Virus record (IMG/VR): IMGVR_UViG_3300048091_000425
DNA length: 64,000 bases
Reading direction: 5' to 3' (one strand)
Source: a virus
Both the position numbers and the translations under genes were made by a program. The notes under the pieces are model-generated. The model was not told the origin of the DNA. It saw only the letters and a program-made list of their open reading frames with translations, and made no database searches. Position 1 is the first letter of the stretch. Every line of letters begins with the position of its first letter. Positions 36,311 through 46,084 of this stretch are shown in pieces.

Positions 36311-37873
36311 TTACAGCCCCAGATCTTGACTGAACTGTTGAGTCAAATCTTCGGGCGATAGCTGCTGCAAATACTTGCGGTCGACCAGGTCGTTGTTGAT
36401 CAGGGCGCGTAGGTACTGCGGGACGTTCTTAACCAATTGGACGACCTCGTCCTCTGGCGTCGTCTTGGTGAACAGCGTCGCAGCCGCCTCCATTGACTGG
36501 GTTCGATAAGTGCCATCGATAAATCGCGGGCCATCGTAGGTGTTATTACCTTTGACGAACAAGGAATAGTCACACGCCATCAAGATCAGCGCGTTCCTGA
36601 CGATTTGGGTGCTGGTCAGGGTTTCTGGATCAGGCACGTCCTTCCCTGAAAAGTAGAACCGTGAGTACATTATCGTGGCTTGAGCCTCTAAACCCTCCTC
36701 GATGATCAGCTTACCTTTCTCAAAATGCTCACTCAGTTGTGGGAGTTCCTTTGCGAGCATCAGTTGCCCGGCCAGCTGGTTGTAATCCATGCCGCACAAA
36801 AGGTTGAAGGTCATCCCTGCCTTTTCCATCTGAGGCACCGCCATCAGCTTGGAAATGTGCATTGCACCTCGGCAATGATCCTTCATCAGACTTTTAATAT
36901 AAGGATCAGCGAGAAGACGGGCATTGAATCGCTGAAGCCGGCCAAGAAACACGTTGTCTCTCATGAGGAAGCCATTACACCCGTCCAGATCCAGCCACTT
37001 TCGATTGAGGTAGGCGTCCAGGAAATCGGTATTCACCAGGCGGCGTAATGCCTGATCACTAAGCGTCTCCAGATGATCAAAGACAGTCGCAGGGACATAG
37101 GAGAAGGCTGGTCTTAACCCATATGCGTCGAACTTATCCAAACCGGCGTCAAACTTGGCGATCAGCGACGACATAAATTGTGGGAGGATCACAGGAAGAC
37201 GACCGATCTCGTCGGCTGAAATAACGTCCAACATGGCCGCTAGATCATCAAAATCAAGTTCGGCGAGCGCACGCAAATGCATCTCTGCTGAACTTGAATC
37301 ATCAGTTCCTGTTGCGTTTTCGGCATGAACGTGAAACCGGCACAGTGCCGCGTTGCCCACCGACTTTTCACGCAGTGTCGCCGGGTCGCAAAACATTATC
37401 GATAGCTTGAGATTTTTGGTGAAGAAGTCAATTCGATCCTTGGAAGAAGCGGCATCGTGTCCTTTGAGATGACGCTCGCTGTAGACCTCCATCATCGAGT
37501 TAATCGAGAAATCCACACCCAGCGGCCCAGCCAGGCTCTTGAGTAGATCAAAGTGACCGGTATCCAAATAGGGGCCGGGATGGCTGAAGAACCGGTCACG
37601 CAGCTGGAGGGCCACGTCCAAGCTCTCGGTAAAGCCCGGCAAGGCCAACAGGCCACGATCCACGGCAAAGGCCAGTAGTACGCCGGAGAGTTCCTCTACT
37701 GAGAGGTCAAACAGCGTTCTGAGCGCAGCATGGCGGCTGCCAACCGGAATCTGATCAAAGAGTGCCTCCAGGCCTTCACCGTCTTTCACAAGGCAGTGAC
37801 GGGCCTCATGGGCCACCACGGCAAGCACCTCGGCGGGGCTCAGCGCTGCGAAATCGATTCTGTTCATGATCAC
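36311..37873 (-). CDS. FxxDLGL-tail family protein
   Basis: 520 aa; ends QQFSQDLGL; distant paralog of the two upstream genes. Confidence 0.85.
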   Translation of the reverse strand: MIMNRIDFAALSPAEVLAVVAHEARHCLVKDGEGLEALFDQIPVGSRHAALRTLFDLSVEELSGVLLAFAVDRGLLALPGFTESLDVALQLRDRFFSHPGPYLDTGHFDLLKSLAGPLGVDFSINSMMEVYSERHLKGHDAASSKDRIDFFTKNLKLSIMFCDPATLREKSVGNAALCRFHVHAENATGTDDSSSAEMHLRALAELDFDDLAAMLDVISADEIGRLPVILPQFMSSLIAKFDAGLDKFDAYGLRPAFSYVPATVFDHLETLSDQALRRLVNTDFLDAYLNRKWLDLDGCNGFLMRDNVFLGRLQRFNARLLADPYIKSLMKDHCRGAMHISKLMAVPQMEKAGMTFNLLCGMDYNQLAGQLMLAKELPQLSEHFEKGKLIIEEGLEAQATIMYSRFYFSGKDVPDPETLTSTQIVRNALILMACDYSLFVKGNNTYDGPRFIDGTYRTQSMEAAATLFTKTTPEDEVVQLVKNVPQYLRALINNDLVDRKYLQQLSPEDLTQQFSQDLGL

Positions 37874-39492
37874 AGCCCCAAATCCTTACCGAATTCTTGA
37901 CCCAGCATCGGCAGCGGCAGCTTGGCCATATGCTCTTTCTTCAAGACAGCCTCGTTGATCAGATACCTGAGGAGGTCAGGTCGTTTGCCCACCGCTTCCA
38001 GCAGATCATCTTCACTCAGCGAGCGGGTGATCACCTTCAGCGTCCCAGGGACACCCAAACTGCGGCCTGGCAGATGGTTGTGGCAGAAGAAAAGAACCGG
38101 GGTTATCGCCTTCATCTTTGACTGATGCCAGTCGTCTTCATGGATGGCGCTTTCACAGGCCAGCCTGGCCGCCATGTGATTCACCTTGAAGTCATCTGTC
38201 ACCTTGTCAGGCGCTTTCATGTATTTCTTATCGGCCTGCTCATAAAACTCGTCGTACAGCTTCACCAAAGCAGGCTTCACACCTTCTTTCAGAAGCTCCA
38301 CCCCATGCTCCCGATAGCTGGCCAACAGGGGGTAATCGGCGGCGAATTTAACCAGGGCAGCGAAGCGATCTGTCTGCTGGGCATTGTTATGGACGCTGAG
38401 GGTAACGCCCTGTTCTTTCAGCCGGGAGCTCAACATCAGGGTCACCATGCCTTGGCAGCCAGGTGCGGCGATACCTTGGTGATTGGTGATGTATTTGACG
38501 ACAAACCTATCGCTCAGGATTCTCTCGTTAAAGCTGTCGACCAGGGCCAGGTAAACCGGGTCATCATAGTCATGGCCGTTTTTGGCTAACGGAACCATCC
38601 AGTTCGAAGTCAGATACTGATCCATAAAGCGGCCCCTAACCTGTTTGAAGAAGCTTTCATCTGGTAAGGCCATCAGCTCGCTCAACACGGTGGCTGGGCG
38701 AACCTTGAGCACCGCTGTAATGAATCTGAGGGATTCTTGCTTGAACGGCAGGTTCACGACTGTTTTTATCGCAGCGTCCAAGTGAGGGTTTAGAGGCTCA
38801 AGACCTGGATGAAAACCGCGCCCCAACATGAGGGTCATGGAGCCAACATCATTGATATTGAAGGTAGAGACAGTCTTCAACAACTCAAACTCAGAAGTTT
38901 TATCAATCCCCAAACTGCTGATTGTCTCGGCGAATCGGTAAGCCACCTGGTTCCCGACCTCAGGATCATCCACAGTATCCTGAGCGCAGAACAAGCGTAG
39001 GTACTCAAGGCTGGTAACGGCACCGGTCAGCATGGCATCGCTTCCCTTATCAATCTTGAACCCTATGCTTTTGTCACCGGCGTCATAGCTGTTGAAGATC
39101 GTGTCGACGCTGTCCATGGTGTAGGCCTTGCCATGGTGAGCTGCCGCTTTTCTCAGAATCTTGATGTGCCCAAGAGATGATAATGCCCCTTTCTGGTTAT
39201 CAAACACGCGGCGGCGGATGCGATCAGCGACTTCCAGGTCTTGGTAAAGATCCGGATAGAGCTCATCGATCCCCTTACCCTGCACGTAGTCCAGGATGTT
39301 GGCGCTGAAGAAATGGATCGCACGAGCATAAGCGTGGAGCAACGCCTGACCCTTCAGTGCCTCAGGGAAGGTGGCAAGGAGCATATCCACTTCGATAGGG
39401 TCGGCACCTTTGACCTTCATGCGGTACAGCGCTTTATGGAAGGCCTCGAAATGCTCGTAGGCTTTGAGTTCTGGTAGTTCGAAAATGGACAT
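37870..39492 (-). CDS. FxxDLGL-tail family protein
   Basis: ATG 39492 (MSIFEL) after GAGG; ends QEFGKDLGL; clear paralog of 39562..41193. Confidence 0.85.
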   Translation of the reverse strand: MSIFELPELKAYEHFEAFHKALYRMKVKGADPIEVDMLLATFPEALKGQALLHAYARAIHFFSANILDYVQGKGIDELYPDLYQDLEVADRIRRRVFDNQKGALSSLGHIKILRKAAAHHGKAYTMDSVDTIFNSYDAGDKSIGFKIDKGSDAMLTGAVTSLEYLRLFCAQDTVDDPEVGNQVAYRFAETISSLGIDKTSEFELLKTVSTFNINDVGSMTLMLGRGFHPGLEPLNPHLDAAIKTVVNLPFKQESLRFITAVLKVRPATVLSELMALPDESFFKQVRGRFMDQYLTSNWMVPLAKNGHDYDDPVYLALVDSFNERILSDRFVVKYITNHQGIAAPGCQGMVTLMLSSRLKEQGVTLSVHNNAQQTDRFAALVKFAADYPLLASYREHGVELLKEGVKPALVKLYDEFYEQADKKYMKAPDKVTDDFKVNHMAARLACESAIHEDDWHQSKMKAITPVLFFCHNHLPGRSLGVPGTLKVITRSLSEDDLLEAVGKRPDLLRYLINEAVLKKEHMAKLPLPMLGQEFGKDLGL

Positions 39493-39561
39493 GCTGACCC
39501 CTCTTTTCAACAGTCTACGGGGTGCAGATGGTGCATCACAATGTTGGCGCTGCGCCTTGGA

Positions 39562-41193
39562 TCATAAGCCCAAGTCCTTGCCGAAGAACTCCCCCTGCTC
39601 TTTCAGGGGCAGCCGGGCGAGGTGCTTGCGGTCGAGAATCTCGAGCTGGATCAGCCGCCTGAAGTAGCTCTGGTTCTTGCCGATGGCATCGAGGATCTCG
39701 TCTTCGCTTAACGACCTGGCAACCTCTATGACGACGCCTTTGGAAAAGGCCGTTCGCTTCTTGAAAGCCGAGTTGTCCCGATTATCCATGCCGTGCAACA
39801 CGGGGGTATCGCGTTTCTTGTCAGCTTCGTTGCTCACGCTGACCCCCATTTCACAGGCCAGCCGTACCGCCATGTACTTGTACTTGTAGTCGTCTGAGAC
39901 CTCAGACCCCTGGCGCAAGCCTTTGACTTTCGCCGTCGAAAAGGAATGCAGGTAGAGCCGGGTGAACTCCTTCTCGAAACACTCTTTGAGGTAATCCAGT
40001 CCTGCCTGCCGGTACGATGCCAAGCCAGGAAATTTCCCGGCGTGGGCCACCAAGGCGGCAAAGTTTTCTGCTCGCGGGTGGTGTTCAGGTTTGTCGATTG
40101 GTAAATAAATCCCCATGCTGACCATCCTGGGAAGCATTATCAGCGTTTCCAGTCCGTTGCACTCAGGCTCTTGAAATGCTGGGTGCCGTTCCAGGCGACT
40201 GGCGATCAAAGGGTCAGCAACCAGGCGTTCGCAGATCCGCTCAAGCTGATCAATGAAAGCCTGATCGTTGTAGTCACACATGGCCGTATTCTCGGGCTTC
40301 AGCCAACCTCCACCCAGGAATTGGTCAAGCAGTGGGCCGCGCATGGTCTTTTGAAAGCGCTGGTCATCCAGATTGGCCAGCCGTTGCACCATCGTTTGAG
40401 GGATAAGTTGAAAAGCCCACCCGAGAAACTCGATTCGCTGAAGTGAATAGTGCTCCAGCGCATCTGGTAAGCACCGCGCAAACTGAGCTTGAAAATGCGG
40501 CGCGCTTTTATGGAAGTCAGCTTTCAAAATGGCGGTAAGTGCCGAGGTGTCACTGATGGTGAACCCGCAGACAACCTCCGTAAGCGCCTCAAGTGTGGGC
40601 ATCGTCGGCCCGCTCTTCGCCACGAGTATTCCCTCCTTTCGGATGAACTCGGCGAGGCGGTAGGCAACACGGTCTCCCACCTCCACATCAGCCTTGATAT
40701 CGGTCGGGAAAAGATCCATCAGAAGCTGAAGATTCTTGAGGAAATAGGCCAGGGTTACCTTGGTTCCGGTTTTCATGCCACCGGACTGCAAGTTCTCTGG
40801 ACTGAACAGCGTATCAATGCAATTGAGAACATAGTCAACACCATGGTGAGCAATGGTGTTGCGAAACAACTCGTGATGGCCCGTGGACTTGTCGGTGGAC
40901 TCGCGAAACAAGCTATTACGGATGCGATCTGCCAATTCCAAGTCATGGTGCAACGCCGGGTACAGCTGATCAATCCCCTTAGCGAGGGTGAAGGTCAGCA
41001 GCGGTTCATTGAGGAAGTTGGCAGACAGCTCGTAGGCATACAAAAGCGCCGGGCCACGGAGATCTGCCGGGAAGGCTTCATAGGCCATTTCTAATCGGGT
41101 CGGATCTGTATCTGCACGGAATTGGATGCAGAGCATGTTGAAGCTACTGAAATGCTCTGAATCTCTGAGTGCTTCGTCGTCGAAAATTGACAT
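39562..41193 (-). CDS. FxxDLGL-tail family protein
   Basis: ATG 41193 (MSIFDD); ends EFFGKDLGL. Confidence 0.85.
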   Translation of the reverse strand: MSIFDDEALRDSEHFSSFNMLCIQFRADTDPTRLEMAYEAFPADLRGPALLYAYELSANFLNEPLLTFTLAKGIDQLYPALHHDLELADRIRNSLFRESTDKSTGHHELFRNTIAHHGVDYVLNCIDTLFSPENLQSGGMKTGTKVTLAYFLKNLQLLMDLFPTDIKADVEVGDRVAYRLAEFIRKEGILVAKSGPTMPTLEALTEVVCGFTISDTSALTAILKADFHKSAPHFQAQFARCLPDALEHYSLQRIEFLGWAFQLIPQTMVQRLANLDDQRFQKTMRGPLLDQFLGGGWLKPENTAMCDYNDQAFIDQLERICERLVADPLIASRLERHPAFQEPECNGLETLIMLPRMVSMGIYLPIDKPEHHPRAENFAALVAHAGKFPGLASYRQAGLDYLKECFEKEFTRLYLHSFSTAKVKGLRQGSEVSDDYKYKYMAVRLACEMGVSVSNEADKKRDTPVLHGMDNRDNSAFKKRTAFSKGVVIEVARSLSEDEILDAIGKNQSYFRRLIQLEILDRKHLARLPLKEQGEFFGKDLGL

Positions 41194-41333
41194 GTGTACC
41201 CCGGCTATTTTCAACCAGTGTACGTGGCGCAGCTTCTCGCTCACAACGGCGCCGGCCTGCCCTTCCCGACGACATTGATGCTAATCGTTGGGCGAGTTAC
41301 CCTCTTGGCCTGGTACCCATTGGCGAGAGCGGC

Positions 41334-41696
41334 ATGAGAAAAGTTACGATTAATGGCGTGGTCTACGACCTGATGTTCACCAAAAAGGTCGGCGACGACT
41401 ATTTTTACACCGTCGGCGAGAAGTCGAAACACGTTGTGCCGGCTGACGAGATGCTCGAGGACGTACTCAGTGAAATCTCGGCCACCGGCGCCGGTGTCAG
41501 CGTTTGCTACGAAACGATCACAGACTCCTATCGCAAAAAAGGCTGGGATTGGCAGAAGCTTGAGGCAGAACACCTCAAAAAACTCCTGGCCTATATGAAT
41601 GAGATCCGGGAGGACGACGTGGCAGACAATGAGGAAGACAGCGACTACTACCAGCTAGAGCCATTCACACTTGAGGACTTGCCCTTCCGCCAATGA
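41334..41696 (+). CDS. acidic hypothetical protein
   Basis: ATG at 41334 within ORF 41169..41696; very acidic C-terminus. Confidence 0.65.
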   Translation: MRKVTINGVVYDLMFTKKVGDDYFYTVGEKSKHVVPADEMLEDVLSEISATGAGVSVCYETITDSYRKKGWDWQKLEAEHLKKLLAYMNEIREDDVADNEEDSDYYQLEPFTLEDLPFRQ

Positions 41697-41851
41697 AGGC
41701 TGGAAACCAGCCGTCGGTTCCCCGACAGGAGGTGCTGTCTCCGGGCCGCCTCCTGCCCAACCTCCGGGTTTGACACAAACGGTCGCAGAAGCCTCTTGAG
41801 GCCCACCAACATAGTGCGTAAATTGGAGGGCAAATCAAGAGAGGATCAGAA

Positions 41852-42169
41852 ATGTCTGTTCAAGCCTCCGCCGTACGCCTTTTGACCTTGGTCGAGTCCC
41901 TGGAACCCATGGTCAGTCAGAATGCCTTGCGCACTCCCACCCAGACCCTCTACCTCGCCGCCTCGTCCATCGTTGAATGGTCGCACACGGCTGAACTGCA
42001 ATCGCTGGATGTTTACGGCGCCCGCATGTTTCAACAACTGATGACAGTATCCAGCAACGGGCTGACCGGCAGCGACAAAGACGCCAAGGCCGCGCTGCGT
42101 GCTTTGCAGACCCACGCCATCGTCTTCAAGGCTGCTTTGAAAAAGCACAGGCAACAGCGAAAGGCTTAG
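41852..42169 (+). CDS. hypothetical protein
   Basis: 105-aa helical ORF with GAGG RBS. Confidence 0.65.
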   Translation: MSVQASAVRLLTLVESLEPMVSQNALRTPTQTLYLAASSIVEWSHTAELQSLDVYGARMFQQLMTVSSNGLTGSDKDAKAALRALQTHAIVFKAALKKHRQQRKA

Positions 42170-42206
42170 GATCAAGAGCTTCGGGGGAAAGGCTTTTAAA
42201 GCTTTT

Positions 42207-42253
42207 GCTCTTTTTTGACCCCAAACCTCGCTGTTCCGCGTTTGATTTTAGCT
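42207..42253 (+). repeat. dispersed ~48-bp intergenic element, copy 2
   Basis: GCTCTTTTTTGACCCCAAACCTCGCTGTTCCGCGTTTGATTTTAGCT, matching 29979..30028. Confidence 0.65.
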
Positions 42254-42322
42254 ATGTATTGCCAAAAAGAATGAGACCAGCCAGAGCTGGCCCTACACTG
42301 ACTACCTTCGAGCTGATCGCCC

Positions 42323-42622
42323 GTGCAAGTCATCGCCGGCAACACCCACCTGCTGTCATTACTCGACGAGGTGTCCAACGCCCTACTTACCCCCGCCCAA
42401 GGGGACAGTCATCGTGTGGTAGCGATCAACCGGTTGCTGCACCGCTGGCATTTACTGCACAGCGTGACGGATCTGGCCAGGCACCAGACCTGCTTGCTGG
42501 AGAGCCTGGCGCTGGCGGCCTGCCGGGGATTGTCTGGCGAGGCTGCTGACCTTACTCGCTCCCTCCTCAGTTTGCAGATCAACGTGTCGTATTACCGAAA
42601 CCGAGTGACCGCTTGGAAATAA
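42323..42622 (+). CDS. hypothetical protein
   Basis: 99-aa Leu-rich helical ORF, GTG start. Confidence 0.5.
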   Translation: MQVIAGNTHLLSLLDEVSNALLTPAQGDSHRVVAINRLLHRWHLLHSVTDLARHQTCLLESLALAACRGLSGEAADLTRSLLSLQINVSYYRNRVTAWK

Positions 42623-42754
42623 AGCCAATCGCCTGATCCAAAAGGGATTTTTGCCATCAATTGTCAAGCCTTCCAATTGATTTTTTTAACAATTGACGCA
42701 ATCATGGGGCATATGAATTTTTGCTGACCTTATGGGTTGGCCCAAAGGCCTCAC

Positions 42755-44737
42755 ATGCTCAAGAACAACCAAGTGCTGATGCAGCTGAAAGCCGGTTTTA
42801 CCGCGACCGTCAGCTCCACCTCCAGCGTTAGTCAAAGTGCCCCAACACTGGTCACAGGCATCGTGCGCGGCACCCGCAAGGACTATGGTTTCCTCAAATG
42901 TGCCGACGGCACCGACCACTTCCTGCCACCACCACAGATGAGCCGTTGCTTTCATGGCGATGTCGTGGAAGCCGAGATCATTGATAATCACAGCGGCGAC
43001 GGCAAGACCGAGGCCTGCATTCTGCGCATCGTTGAGTCCTCGATCTCTGGCTTCGTCGGCGTCGTGCGCAACAAGGGCCACAACCCCTACATCCAGCCGG
43101 AGAACCCCAACCTCAAACGGGACTTTCTGATCCCGCGCATTAAGCGTGGCAGAGAGCGTGAAGGCGACTTCGTCTGGGCCCGCGTGATCAAGCACCCGTT
43201 TGAGGATGGTGGCTGCCACGCTGAAGTAGAAGCCGTCATTTGCAGTGATCGTGATCGCCAGGCACCTTGGAAAGTGGCCAGTGCCCGCAACGGCCTCAAG
43301 CACGAAGCACCGCCCTTCGATCACGACGAGATCCAGGCCCTTAATCTGACGGACGACGTTACGGGTGACGAGAGCTTTGACTGGCGCCATGAATGCCTGG
43401 TGACCATCGACGGCGAGAACAGTCGCGACCTCGACGACGCCGTCATGGCCAAGCGTTCCGGTACCGACATTCTGCTGACGGTGGCCATTGCCGACCCTGC
43501 CCGCTTTCTGATTGAAGACGGCATCATGGATCGGGAAGCACGCTTGCGCTGCTTTACCACCTACTACCCAGGCATGAGCCTGCCGATGCTGTCGAAGGTG
43601 ATTTCCGAACAGGGCGCCTCGCTCGTCGCCGGCGAAGACCGTTCAAGCGTCTGCTGCAACATGATCATCAATGAAGCGGGCGAGATCACCGACTCGTACT
43701 TCTTCCTGGCCACCATCAACTCCAAGGCCAAGCTGTCCTATGAAGCCGTACAGGCGTTCCTGGACGGCGACCGCAGCGCTTGCCCTAATCATGTAGCGGA
43801 TGTGCTGGAATGCCTCAATGAGGTCGGCCTACGCCGCAGGAACTGGCGTAACAGCCACGCCCTGGCCTCCAGCCGTTATAAGGACTACACCTTCGTGGTA
43901 GAAGACTTTGCGCTGAAGTCCGTGCGCCCGTCCGTCCAGCTCCAATCCAACCGCCTGGTTGAAGAGTGCATGATCGCGGCCAACTTCAGTTTCGCTCAGT
44001 ACATGAAGCTCCACGGCATGCCGTGCGTTTACCGCCGCCACGACGGCTTCAAGCCAGAACGGCTGGAAGAGCTGGTGCTATTGCTGGCTGAGCATGGGGT
44101 TACCACGACCGCCGAGAACCTGGTGGGATTCGAGGGTTACCGCGAAGTCATGAGGACGGTGCTGGCGCTGGAAAACCCGGCGCTGGAGCAGCTGCTGATC
44201 GGCTTCTACGCCAAAAGCCGGCACTCCACCGAGTTCGGGCCGCACTACTCCCTCGGTCTTGATGGATATGCGACCTTCACCTCGCCGATCCGCAAGTACA
44301 GTGACCTGATGAACCACCGGTCGCTGAAAGCCCTGTTGCGCAATCAAGCCACCACCGTACAGACGTTCACGCCTGAGATGATGGAATTACTGGATGAAAA
44401 GTTCTCGGCCACCGACCGGGCTGCACGTGATGTGCAGAATGACCTCTACATCCAGCTGTACCAGGGCAAGATCGGCGAGCAATTCGACGCGGTGGTGACC
44501 GGGGTGATGCCGGCTGGCGTGAAAGCTGAGATCATTGAAACCGGCGCCCCGGTATTTCTCTCGACCCGCACGCTGGGACGCAAGTATGACGTCTTTGAGG
44601 TCAGTCAGGATGGCATGAGCCTGCTCAAGAAGGGCCACCCCATTGCCAAGATTGGTCAGGAGCTCAAGATCATCATCAACCTGATCGACATTCCTGGCCG
44701 CTCCATCAACGCCACCCTGCCGGCTGCCGAAGCTTAA
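42755..44737 (+). CDS. rnb: exoribonuclease II (RNB family)
   Basis: N-terminal NQVL.QLK; G.VR.T.K.YGFL...F.PPPQM...HGD (CSD1); TIDGENSRDLDDA catalytic motif; YATFTSPIRKYSDL.NHR. Confidence 0.93.
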   Translation: MLKNNQVLMQLKAGFTATVSSTSSVSQSAPTLVTGIVRGTRKDYGFLKCADGTDHFLPPPQMSRCFHGDVVEAEIIDNHSGDGKTEACILRIVESSISGFVGVVRNKGHNPYIQPENPNLKRDFLIPRIKRGREREGDFVWARVIKHPFEDGGCHAEVEAVICSDRDRQAPWKVASARNGLKHEAPPFDHDEIQALNLTDDVTGDESFDWRHECLVTIDGENSRDLDDAVMAKRSGTDILLTVAIADPARFLIEDGIMDREARLRCFTTYYPGMSLPMLSKVISEQGASLVAGEDRSSVCCNMIINEAGEITDSYFFLATINSKAKLSYEAVQAFLDGDRSACPNHVADVLECLNEVGLRRRNWRNSHALASSRYKDYTFVVEDFALKSVRPSVQLQSNRLVEECMIAANFSFAQYMKLHGMPCVYRRHDGFKPERLEELVLLLAEHGVTTTAENLVGFEGYREVMRTVLALENPALEQLLIGFYAKSRHSTEFGPHYSLGLDGYATFTSPIRKYSDLMNHRSLKALLRNQATTVQTFTPEMMELLDEKFSATDRAARDVQNDLYIQLYQGKIGEQFDAVVTGVMPAGVKAEIIETGAPVFLSTRTLGRKYDVFEVSQDGMSLLKKGHPIAKIGQELKIIINLIDIPGRSINATLPAAEA

Positions 44738-44748
44738 GCCATCGCCAA

Positions 44749-44774
44749 AGCCCCCTGACGCTGTTCAGGGGGCT
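44749..44774 (+). terminator. hairpin / probable terminator
   Basis: AGCCCCCTGA-N6-TCAGGGGGCT directly after the rnb stop; short U-tract. Confidence 0.6.
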
Positions 44775-44880
44775 CTTCCCTCCGCTCTGACCCTCGCCCA
44801 GTCCCTGTCAATAAATGCCCATTGTTCCAACTCTGGCTCCCTCAATATGATGGAAGTATCTCAGTTAGGAAGAGTGGTTT

Positions 44881-45180
44881 ATGAAAGCCGAACTCACACC
44901 CCGCTTGGTTGCCCTGATGGACTCATCTGCCCAGTGCGCCAAGGTTGCTTTGCGCGCTTTGGCCAGGGGCGCCATCGATATCGATGACTTCAAGACCATT
45001 GTTGCGCGCTTGAGCGTGATCGAGAGCCGCTCAATTCTGCTCATCGCCTGCCTGAATGTGGAGGAAGTTAAAGCTGACTTCACCGAAATCAGCCTGCCCG
45101 ATGAAATCGAGTTCATGGGTGCTGCCGAGGTTTTTCTAACTGAAATTCAAGCGATGATGGATGAGGCGTCTGAACAATGA
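44881..45180 (+). CDS. hypothetical protein
   Basis: 99-aa ORF, ATGA-coupled to the next gene. Confidence 0.65.
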   Translation: MKAELTPRLVALMDSSAQCAKVALRALARGAIDIDDFKTIVARLSVIESRSILLIACLNVEEVKADFTEISLPDEIEFMGAAEVFLTEIQAMMDEASEQ

Positions 45181-46043
45181 GTACAACCCTGTTTAAGAAA
45201 TCGCTCCAGGCCGCCACTGACGTCTTTGACGGGGTGGCCGCAAGAACCTTTGATTCCTACGACAAGGCCAGTCAGTTTGTGTCGGACTACAACGAATTGA
45301 CCAGAGCCCAGGACTACACCGGCGCTAAACGGATCTTCGACAAGCTCTCCGACATCTTCGGTAAGTACAAATTCGTCGGCGACATCCCGTTCATCAAAGA
45401 CCCGGCAGCGGCTGCCGATTGGTTTTCCGAAACTGTCGGCAGCATCGCCGTGGTGCAGCAATTCAAGAACGCCATGAAGCACTATAAGCTCTTCTCGCTG
45501 GGCACCATTGCCGGCGCGAGCGCCTTGAACACGCTTGCCCCGAATTTGTTCTCAGACATCGCTCTCCTGCTCAATAATGCCGGCATTCCTTATTATGTCA
45601 CGGCGCTTACAGGCGTATCGCTACTCGTGTTGGCACCCGGAATGATCACCGGCAGCAAGACCCTGAAGATGAAATCGTATGCCGATTTTGATCCCGCAAC
45701 GTGCGAACCGGACTTCTCAGCTAAAGAAGTCAGCGCCATCAGCGAGGGTCTGAAAAACGGACGGTCTGAGTCGAAAATGGTGAGTCAGCTGTCTGGTGAG
45801 CAGAAGGACACGATCATAGGCCTCGCCAAAAGATTGCGAGAGGACTTCTTTGTGCCTGAACATCTGGCCACGACAGCGGTATTGACCATGCTGGTTGAAA
45901 AAGAAGGCAAATCCGAGGCCGTTAAGGCCATGTTCAACTGCCGCATCATGAGCCGCGACCTGATCACCCGCTTTGAAATTGATCCGCTGAGTACCGTGGG
46001 TGGAAAACCCGTACCGGATGATGAGTTCGGCCTCAGGTTCTGA
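45177..46043 (+). CDS. hypothetical membrane-associated protein
   Basis: 288 aa with two central hydrophobic segments; ends PDDEFGLRF. Confidence 0.7.
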   Translation: MSTTLFKKSLQAATDVFDGVAARTFDSYDKASQFVSDYNELTRAQDYTGAKRIFDKLSDIFGKYKFVGDIPFIKDPAAAADWFSETVGSIAVVQQFKNAMKHYKLFSLGTIAGASALNTLAPNLFSDIALLLNNAGIPYYVTALTGVSLLVLAPGMITGSKTLKMKSYADFDPATCEPDFSAKEVSAISEGLKNGRSESKMVSQLSGEQKDTIIGLAKRLREDFFVPEHLATTAVLTMLVEKEGKSEAVKAMFNCRIMSRDLITRFEIDPLSTVGGKPVPDDEFGLRF

Positions 46044-46084
46044 CTCGACGAAAAGCCGCCCCGCCCCACGGTGGCGGCTTACCT

